DNA from: Vicugna vicugna
Lineage: Eukaryota
Length of the DNA: 64,000 nt
Direction of reading: 5' to 3'
Assembly (NCBI GenBank): GCA_013265495.1
Contig: MU062119.1
Location: 930,001-994,000 of the forward strand
Shown here piece after piece: positions 39,701 through 53,312 of this stretch. Below the pieces are notes generated by a model, which was given only the letters and a program-made list of their open reading frames with translations, was not told where the DNA came from and ran no database searches. Within the stretch, counting starts at the first letter, position 1, and each line of letters opens with the position of its first letter. The position numbers and the translations under genes are program-made.

Positions 39701-40224
39701 AAAAAGCAAATTGAAACAAAGCAAGCATGTGCATTTTAAGCAAGTAAGTGTGAATACAATATTTTAAGCTCATGGAAATTTAGGTGCGGCTTGTTTTCCA
39801 GCAGCTTGTTTCCCAGCAGAGAACATTAAACATAATCTTGTCTTCTAGGAATGGGATTACAGACATAAGTTGATTGCCTTATTTCGGGTTCTATGTCCAG
39901 AGCAGGGCCAGTGAAAAGAACTTAGAGGCTGATAATATAAAGCAAGGAAAGAAGTAGTGTGAAGGGAAAGAATTCCAATATAGAGGTACATGTTGAGATC
40001 CTGATGTGGTGCACCGTACCTTCACTCTCCCCTTGTCTGAGTTTGAGTCTATACCCTGAGACTTCCTAGAGCTGGAAAATGGTGTCTGGAAAACAAGATC
40101 ACCAACAGCGTCTTCTCGTTTCACGTCTATTTGGCTTTCTTCTCGTCAACCACTTTCAAATCAATCTCTCTAATGTGAGACTTGATATTTTGTTTATTTA
40201 AGATTTCTTAAAAATAACTTCCTT

Positions 40225-40410
40225 GAGGTTCTTCTTTGAAATATAATTCACATATGAAGACATTTATCCTTTTAGAGTACACAATTCAGCGGGTTTTAGT
40301 ATATTCACAAAGTTGTGGGACAAACACTATTAATTCCAGAACATTTTCATCACTCCCTCAAAGGAACCATCAACAGTAATTTCTTGCTGAATACAACCTC
40401 TGGCAACCAT
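40225..40410 (-). mobile_element. Old L1 (L1M-type) 3' fragment
   Basis: 'gaaatataattcacatat...gtacacaattcag...tttagtatattcacaaagttgtg...ttccagaacattttcatcactcc'. Confidence 0.7.
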
Positions 40411-41319
40411 AAGACTTGATATTTTCTTTGAAAGATGCCCACTAGTTCCAAGATGAATTCGAATTTAGGGCTCTTGGCTGCTTTTGTCTACACAAAAATG
40501 CCTACAAAAATTCACCAAACCTAAAACCGCAGATAGTATTTTGAGGGCTTAGAAGTTAGTAAACTTTGGTCTTATTCTTGGAATGTAAGACAATGTACCC
40601 TCATCTTAAAATCACTTTGCATCCTTTTTGAAAGGAGAAGGGCTGACAAGACTGTGGATTTATCATCTGAGATATAAAATACTTGGGAGATTCCGTGCCT
40701 GCCACTGACTTTGGGTTAGTAGCAGGTAATCTGAGTCAGAACAGAGGCAAATATGCCCTTGTCACAATACTCGATTCAAGTGTTTAAGAGAATATTGGAG
40801 TGAGAACTCTTAGACATTACCTGTGTGCTAGCCGACAACTGAGCCAACGTGCATCTGTGCTCCAGGAAGGAACCATAAGACTGGACAACTAAGTACATTC
40901 TTGATTTACATTAAAATATGCAGGCTGCTGTGTCTGGGGGCCTACAGTGTAGCATTCTACCTCACATCATAGCACATCGAGATTTTAGATGTTTATCTGC
41001 ACCTACCTACAGAGGGACCAAATTGGCTTGAAAGACTGATAGGAAGGAATCTATGACTATAACTTAAGAGAAAAATATCTGGTATTTGCTTAAAGTAAAT
41101 GTCTATGTAAGAACTAGACATGGTAAAACATGTCTTTACAACAAACTGAATATATTACTGTAGGAAAGCAGAAGATACAAACCAATGTGAATAAGAAATG
41201 TTAAATTGGATTCTGCAAAATGTAGATGCCAAGATACAATTAAATATGCAAAGATTACATTGAATAAAACTTGTATAAATGGAAAAATGGAAAAAGCTTG
41301 GGACGACTAGAAGTGCCCT

Positions 41320-41870
41320 CCGTCTGTGATGTGTGACCCCAGTGAAGAAAAGGAGAGTTTAGGTGGAAGCATCCAAGGCCACCCCATAGTGTAAATAATG
41401 TTAGACAAAGCTGTTGGAGTTCTGGAACTGCCAAAAGGGTCCCCTGTCTCCCAGGAGAGGGTCTGCCCTAATACCTCAGTCATGCTGTCTTTGGGCAGTG
41501 GTCCTTCCTTAACAGGCACACCCTTGATGCAGATGTAGACATTGACTTCATAGACCAGCAGCTGAGTAACATAATGGAAAAGAGTATGAACACAAACATG
41601 TGTGTGTAAGTGTGACTGAAGTATTATGCTGCACACCAGAAATTGACACAACATTGTAAACTAAATAAACTACAATTAAAAGAGGAAAAGAATATGAAAA
41701 TATATGTATACATATGACTGGGATATCCTGCTGTACACCAGAGACTGACACATTGTAACTGACTATATTTCAATTTTTAAAAAAGAGAAAAAGGGGAAAA
41801 AATGAGCAGCAGCTTGACCTTTGGTCAGTCCCTCTGTGAAGGTCTGTGGGTTGCATGATCATGGCTCCCA
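41320..41870 (-). mobile_element. LTR16-like LTR interrupted by a short L1 insertion
   Basis: LTR16-like motifs on both sides of 41564-41803. Confidence 0.5.
41564..41803 (+). mobile_element. Two tandem ~110-bp L1 3' termini with an A-rich tail
   Basis: Two units of 'ggaaaaga(g/a)tatgaa...gctg(c/t)acaccaga...gacac...ttgtaa'. Imperfect TSD gaccagcagct (41553-41563) / gagcagcagct (41804-41814). Confidence 0.75.
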
Positions 41871-42049
41871 CAATTCTACTTATTGAACAATGAAAGGAAA
41901 TACACACAAAATAAACATCACATATCTACCAAGTTTTGATGATCAAAGCCTTGAACCTTGGAGGTGGGGAGTTAATTTATTCCCGCAGACTCTAGATACA
42001 AGTTACCAACTTTCCTCCTTAAACAACTTAACCTATGGCTGGGTATCAG

Positions 42050-43450
42050 GTTCTCAAGTAACACAATTGGACATCTTGAACTTTTCTGCCCTTATGTGGG
42101 AAGAACTATTTTCTGTATGATTCTGAATCCTATCACTGAATGGAAACATATCTAGAAAAAAATCAGTGGCCCCTGAATTGGTCTTTGGGGCTGTTTGACT
42201 GAGAGTGATAGCCTTGAGCATGCAGGCATGGCCCCTAGTCAGATTTCTCCTACTGTGTCTGTGAGGCTTAGATGTAGTATGACGGAAGCCCTTAACAATG
42301 TGCTTAAAGTGGACACTGACCAGTGTTCCCAGGTCACCTACTCTGGGCTTGACCAAAGAACAAGGTAGCAAGACAAATTTCCAAATGACTTCTTAACTTT
42401 GAGAAACGGGTATCAAGGTTAACATCATAATAGCAGAGAGATTGTGTCAGTTCAGGTCCTCCAAGAAACATGTACCAAAGATGGAAGTTTAGGGGGAAAA
42501 TATAAAGATAATGGTGGGAAAAGAACAGGAGTGGGTGGGGAGAGATTTTTGGAGTACAGTGCAGGTCTGACACTGAAACAGAAAAGGAAGGGGTTGGATA
42601 AAAGGGAACTGAGACTGCAGTGCAGCCCTGAAAGAAGTCTTGGCCAGCCAAAGGGAAGCCCTAGCACAAAGACTGCTATAAAGGAGGCCATGCTCCTGTT
42701 AACAGTGCCATGCCCTGCCATTGGCTGGAACATCCCCCCAAAGAGTGTGACCTCATTGGATACTGCAGCAGATTTGAAGGAGTGGCAGCTGGAGGATGTC
42801 CCCACCAACTATTCTCTCTGCAGATGAAATTCCTGAAGGATAATCTGAGAAGCAAATAGATCTGTGAGGTATATGTTTGAAAAGCAATTTCTCATTGGTT
42901 CTCTTGGATTCAGGAAATTAGGAGAAGCCAGAATCCTTGGGAACCTATCTGGATATTCTCTATGCAATGGTTCATGGCACCACGTTTTTCCAGACCAAGC
43001 CTCGAGCTTAGCCTAAGAAACCTGCTTTAGTTGAGCATGTAATACATATCAAACTTGGTTTCTGAGATTGCTCCTCAGCCCTCAGCTGTTTCCATGAAGG
43101 AGTTAAGGGTCTCTTGGTACTACCAGAGATGTCCCTGTCTCTTACACTAATCCTTTACCTATTTGTTAACTACACTCATTTACCCTGTAACCCTCTGCAG
43201 AACATGGCCTCCACTTTGGAACAACTAGATATCTTTACTGTCCTTCTGGGCATTGTTGTTACCCTGTATCTTTCAATGCTAGAATCATTGCATTGGCCAA
43301 TAGCATCCTCTTCTAGAGGAGGAATATTTTCTCAGATGGCCTGCAGGAAAATCTTAAGCACATGGGTATCTACTGTGTGCCTGGGACTTCTAAATGACCT
43401 CTGTTCCATTTGAGATCTTCAAATTTCCAACTTCAAATTTCTTGGACCAT
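42050..43450 (-). mobile_element. ERVL gag fragment with a nested LTR16-like solo LTR (~42442-42915)
   Basis: Minus-strand gag motifs ('gagacccttaactcc', 'caggtttcttaggctaagctcgaggc') flank 'tgtgtcagttcaggtcctccaagaa...'. Paralogue at 48880-50280. Confidence 0.7.
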
Positions 43451-43489
43451 TCAATTAATTATTAATTAATGATCTTTAAAATCCAGAAA

Positions 43490-46400
43490 GACTCTATTCA
43501 GAAAACACTGTAAATTTTATACCTAAAGTGAATGGAACTACAGGGTAATCAAGTAAGCCCAAAGGGACAAGAAGAATCATGATACTAGAATCAAGACATG
43601 TCATAATGTCACCTAACTAACCATGGATTACCTCCATAACTAGCCATGGATGTCTGATTTCCTTACTTAGGAGTTTGAAGTCTATTCTAAGGGAATAGGA
43701 TTAACAATGCACACTTGCCTTCCTGAAGTATTCCTGCAGAGGTAAAACCGTGCAGTTATGGTAGTTGAGCTGACTATTATTAAATGAGATCATTCGGACT
43801 TGGTGGCTGACAGCTGAGCTCCTGATACCAGCTTACACATCATGAACCAAGACTGCCTCTTGGTCTTGCTATCATAAACCCTGCAGGAGGAAATTTACAG
43901 ATGTTGACTTTTTCCAGAATCTCAGTAAATGCTTTCAGTTAAGGTTCTAGGTTGTGAGATAAATGAAAAAGGGATTTAAAAATAAAGAACTAGGGATCTT
44001 GGAATACAGGGATAGAAAACCCACCAAATGACTCCACAAAAAGTCCCAGGGGACACTGCTCACCAAAGTAATAAAGAATGTCCTAAGAGATCACTTATTA
44101 AGCAATTGAGTTGTGGCTGTTCCCTGTAGGCCAGGTCTGACCAGAAGAATTCCATAAATCCAGACTTTCCAAAACTATGGTGATGATATATCCAGAAATA
44201 TTAGGAAATTTGTGGCACCACAACAAGACAGTTTGGGACAATTATCATGAGAGGCAAGTTAAATAGAGCTGAGAGGCAAGATAACCAGGGCTGGCCTATG
44301 CAGCGTTAATAAACAAGGCATCCCTAAGGACAGGCAGCAATAGCACAGCTCAGTCTGTGCAACTAGAAGAAATCAAGCCTGGATGATGCTGAGAGTAGCT
44401 GTGATACTAGAATCATGATCTCTTGCCAGGTTCTGAACCTGAGTCTCTTTTCAGACCTGGAAACCAAGGACTGAAAGAGAGGCTAGGTCTTCCAAAAGAA
44501 TGACCCTCTAACACCATGTCAAATGTGCATGATAATAATTCCCCACTTCTCCCAAGAGGACCTAAACTTACTACTTGGGTTACCAACACTAGATGTTTCT
44601 TTCCTTAAATATTTTATAACTATTAGGAAGTTTCTAAGACAACATTAATCTCTAGAGATCCACAGAATAATCATGGCCCTCCTGATAGAGATTGGACGTT
44701 GGGCCAGATAATGAGTCCTGTCCCAGACTTAGTGTCCACACCCACCAGTGATCATTTTCTGGTACTTGACTGCATAATTGGAGAAAAAGTGCTTGACAGT
44801 TGGCAGAATCCTAATAATATCATCCAAGCCCATAGGGTAAGAGCTACCATCATGGAGAACACCAAATGGAAGAATCTAAAACTTGCCATCTAACAGCCAA
44901 GATAGAAACTCAAACACTGTATTTGGATGGTACTGGAAAAGAGTTTGACGTAAGTTTGAGGTCCTGTTGTTTAAGATGAGGGTTCAATCAATTAGTGGGT
45001 CCCTACTATGTATCACACACCATTGAGTCCTAATGACACTCAGTGAATGTAAGAAGTGTCTGTGCCATAAAGAAGGGTAATTTAATGTGGACTGAGCATA
45101 AGTTAATTCTCTAGTCTCTTAGGAATTGTTCACACCATAAATGGAGCAGGATAGAAGGCAAATCAGGCATGGCTGGGTACAACAATCTATCATTTAAATG
45201 GTTGGTCAGGGTTGAATTCACTGAAGAAATTCTGAACCAAAACTAAAAGGAGATTAGGGAGTAAATGCATAAGTACCTGGAGGAGACAGACATAAGCTGG
45301 ATCCTGCTGGCATGTTCCAGAATGGCAAAAAGAGCAATTCTTAAGAGTCGCAGGAGATGGCAGACAGAGGAATTCTCTCACAGTTCCTGACCAGTCGATT
45401 GAGATTTGTCCCCATACTGTTCAATCTTCAACACAGTATATAAGAGTTTTCAAGAGCTTGGAATTCGTCGTTTTCTGATCCAAGCTATCTAATTATCTGC
45501 TTTACTAGACAAAGTGAAGGTGTGTCTGTCATCCTTCCACCTGAGGACTCAAGCACTCTTAAGGCTGGTGCCCGGAGGGAATAAACTACTAGTTGGTTCA
45601 TTGGCTATTTATTCCTCAACTAGACAGACTTTAAGATTCTCGTTCTAAGGCTCCCTCTCAAACGCTTTTCTGCTTTTTCAACTTACTGAATTATAATTAG
45701 CACACAGGTACGGATTCAAACATACAGTTCTTTGAATTATCAAGTGCTGCTTTTCTTTGAGGTGGTTCTTTGGAAGCTTCTGACCTGTTGAGACATGGCC
45801 TGGCCACCTCCCTGACTTATTCATTACCTTCCTCATGAGCTCACCCAGGCTCTGAGTTCGGCTTTAACTGGCTAGAGTAGCTTGTCATGATGGCCAAAGC
45901 CTAGAAACCAAGTTACAGGCTTCTTTTCTATCTCCAAATCGAAGATATGCCTAAACTGTACGCATAAGTACTAGAGGAGCCTGTTCTGTTTTGACTTGGT
46001 GAGATGCGAACCCACCTCAATGATTAACAGTTGGTAAGGATGTTCTAAGCAGGAGAACAGATGAGCTCATCCTGGGGTTTATCACATTTTGAAAGTTTGT
46101 GCTTCTAAACCACTCTCTCCTCCACCTCGTAAGTTAAAGTCTTTCCTAAGGGATGACGGAAGCTTCCAAAACTCAAGTTTCCACATTTCTATTTACTCTT
46201 AAAATTTAACCCTTGAATTTAGTGATCTGTATGCTGTAAGGATGGGTTCAACTGTCATCTTCCACATGAACAGCAAGGAACGCACAACAAATTTTGAAAT
46301 CTTTCTAACTGAATCAGAAGAGTAGTGGCCAGGCTTGACACCTCACATCACAATGTTTCACTGTGTCTCAAAATAGTGGGAAGAACCAGAGTTTCTCTGG

Positions 46401-48400
46401 GACTTCTAGCATCAGACCTGAGTGTCAGAGTTGCTTTAGCTCCTGCCTGGGAGGGTGTGATGTGGACCATGCCAAAGCCAGGTCTTTCCTGGAGAGGCTG
46501 CAAACACTGAGATGTGATGGGCAGTAACTGGGCTCTCATTTACAGTGTGAGGTTGCATGTTGCAGGAGGCAAGGTAATCTGGGGAGGTGCATAAATTATT
46601 CTTGAGGTGCTCTTGAGGTGTTCTTGAAATCACCACTATACCAAGTTTCCTTTTCATCATAAAACTTGGAATTAATGTATCAGCCCTGAATTTTCTCTAA
46701 TGTAGACCAGTAATGACGAGCTATTTTTTAGCTAATGTGCAGTTCAGGTTTAGTACATCAGAGCACTTTATATAAATGTTTGCAGTACCAGATGTACAGA
46801 GCAGCTGAACACACACCAATGTTACCTGCTTTGGAGGGGACCAAAGGCCAACTGTTGGTGGATGAGTATATCATGTATTCAGTCACACTCAGGTAGGGCA
46901 GAGGAGCCATTACATATGATCTCAGGATCACTTTTTGCTGGGTCTAGTAGAAAGATGAGCCCCCAAAATGTGCTTTGCCCTCCTACACTAATACCTGGCA
47001 GGAACCTGGAGGAGGAATCTGCCTCTTGGAAGTCAGCTTTTCTATCTTGCTCACTACTTCCAGCTTAGAAAATCTTGTCCTGGGATCACAATACTGGCAC
47101 CAAAAGGATAAATTCCTGCCTATTTAATTCTACCACCTCCTGTATATCAATGTGTGTGGCAGGGTCTTCTGAGAAGCAGGGACTAAAGTAGAATTAGACA
47201 TGTAAGAAAAAGGCCTCTAAGTGGAGAAAAGAGGGAGCAAGAAAAGGTGGGCAAGCCTTCAGAAGGGGATGTCTGATACCTGTAGAAAGAAGACAGGATT
47301 GAGTAGCAAGGGCTTGACCATGTGCCAACTCTGAGCAAGTCTTTGCCAAGCCAACTGGGAGCCTGTAGAGCCTGTCTGCCAGCAGAGTCCTGCATCGGGC
47401 AGAACCAGGTCTTAGACTGGGAACAGCTTGGAGAGGAAGCAGCCTCGGCAGTAGAGCCTAGACGTGTGGTAGCTGGAGACTGTTTTTGTCTGACACTTTA
47501 AATTAAACAAAAAAATTTTTAAAGTATAGTCAGTTATGATGTGTCAGTTTCTGGTGTACAGCATAATGTCCCCGTCATGCATACATACACAAATATTCAC
47601 TTCCATATTCTTTCATTAAAGGTTACTACAAGATATTGAATATAGTTCCCTGTGCTATACAGAAGAAATTTGTTTATCTATTTTTATATATAGTAGTTGA
47701 CATTTGCAAATCTCAAACTCCCAAATTAATCCCTTCCCACCCCATCTCCCTGGTAACCATAAGCTTGTTTACTCTTTCTGCAAGTCTGTTTCTTTTGTAG
47801 ATGAGTGATTAGTGTCCTCCATTTTTTTTTTTTTTTAGCTTCCACATATGAGTGATCAATGGTATTTTTCTTTCTTTCTGGCTTACTTAGAATGACAATC
47901 TCCATTTCCATCCATGCTGCTGCAAATGGCATTATTTTATCATCTTTTTCACTGAGTAGTATTCCATTGTATAAATATACCACAACTGCCTTATCCAGTC
48001 ATCTGTTAATGGACATTTAGGTTGTTTCCATGTCTTGGCTGTTGTATATAGTTGGCTATCTGTACACTTCATTATTGCCTTGTCAGTATTGGAATTAACA
48101 CATAGTCATTTTCTTGGCTTAAAATTGAGTAAATGATAATCAGGTTTCAACTCATGGGTCAATGATATATTCACTCATATGTTGAGAGATCCCAAAATTT
48201 TCTAAGTGTCAGGAACAAGCATTGGGTTGAACTATCAATGCCCACCCTCAGGGAGGGATGTGGAATCAGTGCTATGCAAAAAAAAAGTTATTTGCTTTGC
48301 CTGTTCTGAGACTTCTATCTCAGTATTTTTCTCAAATTTATAAAATTGCTTTTCAGATCTCTAATACTTGTCAACCTGTGTCCTGAGAATGTTATTAGCT
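43490..48400. repeat. Amplified unit, copy epsilon (ERVL gag-pro-RT + strand at 43990-44940; L2 ~44995-45090; core; LTR16-like ~46880-47490)
   Basis: Colinear with alpha and delta, but more diverged. Confidence 0.8.
47505..48050 (-). mobile_element. 5'-truncated L1 3' end (intermediate age)
   Basis: The minus strand gives L1 ORF2-end peptides (MVYLYNGILLSEK..IMPFAAAWMEMEIVILS) and the 3'UTR 'tgtgtcagtttctggtgtacagc'. Absent from the alpha and delta paralogues. Confidence 0.85.
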
Positions 48401-48879
48401 GTTCTGACATGTGAAATGCAGTAAGAAATTCTACACAACTGGCTGTATAAATCCCATGTTGTAGTGCTGTTCATTTTAAAGCGTTAACTACATAGCACAG
48501 TTGTAGAATGTGCAGAACATACAAAAAAAATTAGGATTTATGCTTGTTCTGTGCTGTCAGTTAAACCTTGGCAACCAAATTTGATATTCTTAAATGTATA
48601 TTCACTCACAATGTATATTCTAAATTATATTCAAAAATCAAAGTTCAGTTCACAGTGTACCTTACATGCATTTCTCTCACATGGTTATGTAACGTGGTAT
48701 GGCTGATACATTGCCTGTATTCAAACCAATGCTCCTCATTTCTGATGGAATGGTGCTAATAACACCTCGAGGTCAAGCTCCTCCGAAATAGGCTGGTCCA
48801 TTGCCATAGACCCTGGGTACAAGGCACCTACCTTTCACTCTTGAACAGCTTAATTCTCAGCTGTATGTTAGCTTTTAGT

Positions 48880-50280
48880 TGTGACACCGTGATCACTTGA
48901 GTTTCTCTGCTCTATTTCTTGCACTGTTCTGACTCCAATCACTGATGGGAATCCTTTGTAGACAGTATTAATAGTCCCTGAGTATATCACTGGGGCTCTT
49001 TGGGTGTAACAGGATCTTGGAGCTTGCTGGCATGTCTGTGAGGCTTAGGTGGGATGGCACAGAAGCCCTGAGGAACTCAGTATGGTTAATGTGTAAACTG
49101 ACCGGTATTCCCGGGTCAGGCGATCTGGACTTTACCTAAAAGCCAAGTAAGAGGTTATGTCATCTAGAAAATTAAAGTCATCTGAGAAGATGTGTCAGAC
49201 TCAGCATCCATATGATAAGTGGGAATATGTCAGTTCAGATCCTCCAAGAAGCAGGCATCAGGTGTAACGACTTTGGGGAAAGCTCTAAGAATAACAGGGA
49301 GAAGATATCAGGAGTGGGTGGGGAGGAACTTTGAAATGCAGTGCAGGTCTGACATCTGAAATGGGAGGAAAAAGGGGAGGGGAACTGAGTAAGAGGAGAC
49401 TGACTACAGTGCAGTTCTGACTTGGGCTCCCCCTTGGCTGGACAAAACTTCCTCAAAGATTGCCTATAAAAGATACCTGCTCAGAGGGGAATAGCACTGT
49501 TCCTGTAACCTTACCATGCTCAGTCACTAGCTCAGAGAATCCCAAGAAGGTTAGGCAAGTGGATGCTGCAGTGCAGAGGGGCAGCACTGAAGGATACCTC
49601 CACCATCTAATCTCCTTGTACATAATCCTCTTAAAATCTAAGCAGCACATCTCCATGGATTATTTCTTTTCTGGAGAAACAAATTTGTGAGGGACATGTT
49701 TGAGAGGCAATTCCTCTTTGGTTCTCATGGCTCAGGGAAGTTTGAAGAGCTAAAGTTGCTCAGGACTCACACATATGTCTCTATCTGATGTTTCAAGGCC
49801 CCATGTTTTTCCAGACAGCCCTGATCTTAGCATAGAGACCTGCTTTAGTTGAGCATGCACAGCTTTGAGCTTTGTCACTGAGCTAGCTTCTTGGCCTCTG
49901 CTATTTTTCTGTAGAAGATTCTGTAGGAAGGCCTTCTTGTAAACTATTGAAATCAAGTTTATGCCTTCTGGCTCTCCCACTTATCTTTTACATATTGACG
50001 ACCCTCAGGTACTCAGTAAACCTCTGCAGAACACTGATTCCATCTAGGACCAACTAGCCATCTCTGCTGTCCTTTTAGACATCTTTACAATCTTTATACT
50101 GTACCGTTCAATACTTGTATCATTGTATTTCCAATAGCATTATCCCATACAGGGACCTTTACTCAGGTTACCAAGGTTGAAGTCCTCAGTAATCGGAGAG
50201 CTACCGTGTTCCTGGAATTTTCTGTATAATTCCATTTGATATCAAATTAATCTTACTGCCTGCTTTCTTGGACCACTTCC
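48880..50280 (-). mobile_element. ERVL gag fragment with a nested LTR16-like solo LTR (~49229-49735)
   Basis: Same insertion point and flanks as 42050-43450. Confidence 0.7.
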
Positions 50281-50289
50281 ATTCCTCTG

Positions 50290-50920
50290 TTCATCCAGGT
50301 CTTCTAAGAGGCAAACATCAAGATGGAAGTAAACATATAAGATCTTTTGAGGAAAACACCTTGTGAAGGGTAAAGAGCAGAGTGAACAGGAGTAGATGGG
50401 ACTTAATACTAGTCTGATAGGTAGGAAAGAGGGGAGGACTGGGCATACGAAGACTCAGATTGGAGGACAGTTCTAGGAAAGTCTCAAATAGGACATTGTG
50501 GGTTTCTAGGGCAAAAACTACCTATAGATGATTCTCGTTGAGCAAGAAAGACCCAGACTTAATAACAAGTCATGCTTAGTCACTGGCTGTGAGCACGTGG
50601 GCAGAGGGTGGCCTCCACATGTGTACTTCAAAAAAAAACATGGAGATGTATCCACTGGAGTCTATAACTGTCTTTCTTAGAGGAACTTCTCGATGTTTGT
50701 CACTAGATTCAAATATTCCTATGTCTTTAACATGGAAAATGTAGTAAGAAAGGGGGAGCATGATAAGATTTTTCTAAATTAATCACTGAATTATTCAAGA
50801 AAACATTTGAGAGACTTATTTAATAGAAGATTTTGTTCAGAAACCACAAAACTTGTATGCTAAAGGAATAAAATCACATGGTAACCTTGTAAGTCCAACC
50901 AAAGGGACTAGAAGAACCAT
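50290..50920. mobile_element. LTR16-like LTR plus shared module (paralogue of 10200-10700)
   Basis: 'caggtcttctaagaggcaaacatcaagatgg' start, with high similarity to 10240-10705. Confidence 0.65.
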
Positions 50921-52780
50921 GGTCTGGTATTATGGCATGTCTTGATTCTAAAATAATGGTGGCCAGATAATTAAGTCCTGATAGACTTCATGCCCAGGGA
51001 ACTACCCAATGGTCAATTCCTTGGTCCTGACTCTATGAATGCAATGAAAATGCTTGGTCTTTGGCAGAACCCTAATACTGTTTTCTTAGCTTGTGGGGTA
51101 AGAACTAGCGTCATGGGGATGGCCAAATGGAAGTTTCTAAAACTCACCTCTAATGGCCAAGATAGAAATCAAATATTACACCCTTGAAAGAAATGGCAAG
51201 CTTGAGTGCCATCATTAAAAATGGCATCTTTCCATTCTTTTCCTCTTAAACCATCAATCTGACCCCTTGAAAAGTCAGGTTTCTGAAGAAAGTTCCTGGA
51301 AAAAGAGTGAACTCAATAGTAGATGAAGTGTTTTGCTACAGCTAATACCACCTCAGATACATGGGCCTGGGACAAGTTTGTACACGTATATATGACGGTC
51401 TTCCTGAGGCTATGTCCGTTCTACCTTCTGCCAAAATAGGCTGAAAAGACTTGTACATCTGGACATCTTGCGGAATGTTACGTTTCCTATACTAAATTGA
51501 TGAACAAGAAGTGGCAAATATTTTTGAAGCACGTCAGAAAGTGAGAGTTAAACCCATGAAGATTCAAGAGACGACCATTTCAGTGACGCTTTTAGGAGTC
51601 CAGTGGCTTATAGCCAATACCAGGAAATAGCCTCAAAGTAAAGGACAATCTCTACCATGAAGGAAGAAGTACAGTCAATAGCTGACACCTCTTCAGTTTC
51701 ACGAGGCAGACTGTTATGCTTCCCTTGGTGATAACATTCTGATCTCTATACCAGATGACATGGTTAGAATGGTGCCCAGAGTTGGAAGGGCCCTGCTGCT
51801 TGGGCCATATAATCCAGCATATCCTATGTCAGTGGCAGCATCTGTGATGAAGGAAAAATATCAGGTAGGATTAATGACACCTTCTAATAATCATAGCATA
51901 GATCTCTGGTGTATCAGCACAAAAGCCATGCCTCCTGTAGCAGAGAACTCTATACCTTTGAAAACTAGCTCTTAATATTCTGTTGGACTTACAAGGAGGA
52001 GAACCCACCTTTTCCTGGGACACCAAGGGAGAATGTAGCCAGAACAGCCCATCCTGAATGGGGTTCTGTCAGATTGCCCAAGTCATAAATACAGGTAGAT
52101 CATCACTAATTTATCATAAAATGTACAGCTTCCACTCAGGACCAACACAAGTAAGCTATACAATTACGTGGCCCAGACTGTCATGTCATCCATGGAAGTT
52201 TTACTGAGAGCTCCGCCTCAACTCACACCTATAGCCATGTAGGGGATTACTCAACCAGCCGACAGAAGTAAAAAGATCAAGTCTGTGCCCAAATGGGTCA
52301 TTTCCTATCTGGCTAAAACAAAGGATTGCTTCTATTCACAGCTCCAGTCAAACTAGAGAGAAAAAACCCTCCAAGTGGGCAGAGCTTTGAGTGATGTACC
52401 TAGATAGACACTTTGGGGAAAGAAGGAACTTAGAATATATATATAAAATCATGACTAGTGACAAAAGACCTGAACAGCTAGTGGAGGACGTGGAAACAGA
52501 CTAGAAGATGAGGGGCAAAGAGGCCTGAGGAAGGGGCATATGGACGTGTATATGGGAGTGGGCATAATGATGAGGACCTTTGTATGACTTAAGAAAGGCG
52601 TCTACCACAGAACAGTTATTTGACAAGGTAAATAGAATTGTTCAGCCAGTCGACAAGAACCAGTCTCATCACTGACCTCAATTCTTTTTCCATAAGCAAA
52701 TGAGTGGACTAGTCATGAAGATAGAGATGGAAGCCACACGTGCACCCAAAGCCACTGACTCCCATTCACCAATGCTGGTC

Positions 52781-52813
<33 letters not shown>

Positions 52814-53312
52814 AACAGACAAAATGCCAAAACAAAATATGGCAACATCTCTGGAAACTGACTGGTTAGTTGGCAGTTTATTTTGACAGGAATAGACACA
52901 CATTCCAGGCATAGGTTTGTCTTTCCTGCCAGCAGGGCCCTGACCAGTATTCCTATCCTAAGGCTACAGGGTGTTTGATCCAGTGGCAGAGAATTTTGCA
53001 TATTACATGGAGAAAGACAGCTGCATTATCACAAAGGAGGACAGTAGTGAGCTCATGACCATGGGATTTACTGGTCCTATACCATATACTGCAACACCTG
53101 GAACTCCAGGCTTGAGGAAGTGATGGAACAGCCTGTTTAAAGCACATCTGAGATTCTGACTTAGACATGATCATCCTGGAAGATGGTACCCTGTCATTAG
53201 AGTGTATGTGCAAACTAAATCAACAACCATGGTATGGTGCTATATCACTGACAGGTAAAATACCTGGAATCAAGGATTTAAAGCAAAGATGGACCCATTT
53301 CTATCACTCCTA
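50921..53312 (+). mobile_element. ERVL pro-pol remnant (RT, RNase H, IN) with deletions
   Basis: RT-like 'gaacaagaagtggca...aaacccatgaagattcaag...tttaggagtccagtgg' and IN-like 'ggtatggtgctatatcac...aaaatacctggaatc'. Ends at 'tctatcactcctaa'. Confidence 0.75.
52782..52811. repeat. (TGC)10 trinucleotide repeat
   Basis: Seen directly, inside the ERVL integrase remnant. Confidence 0.95.
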
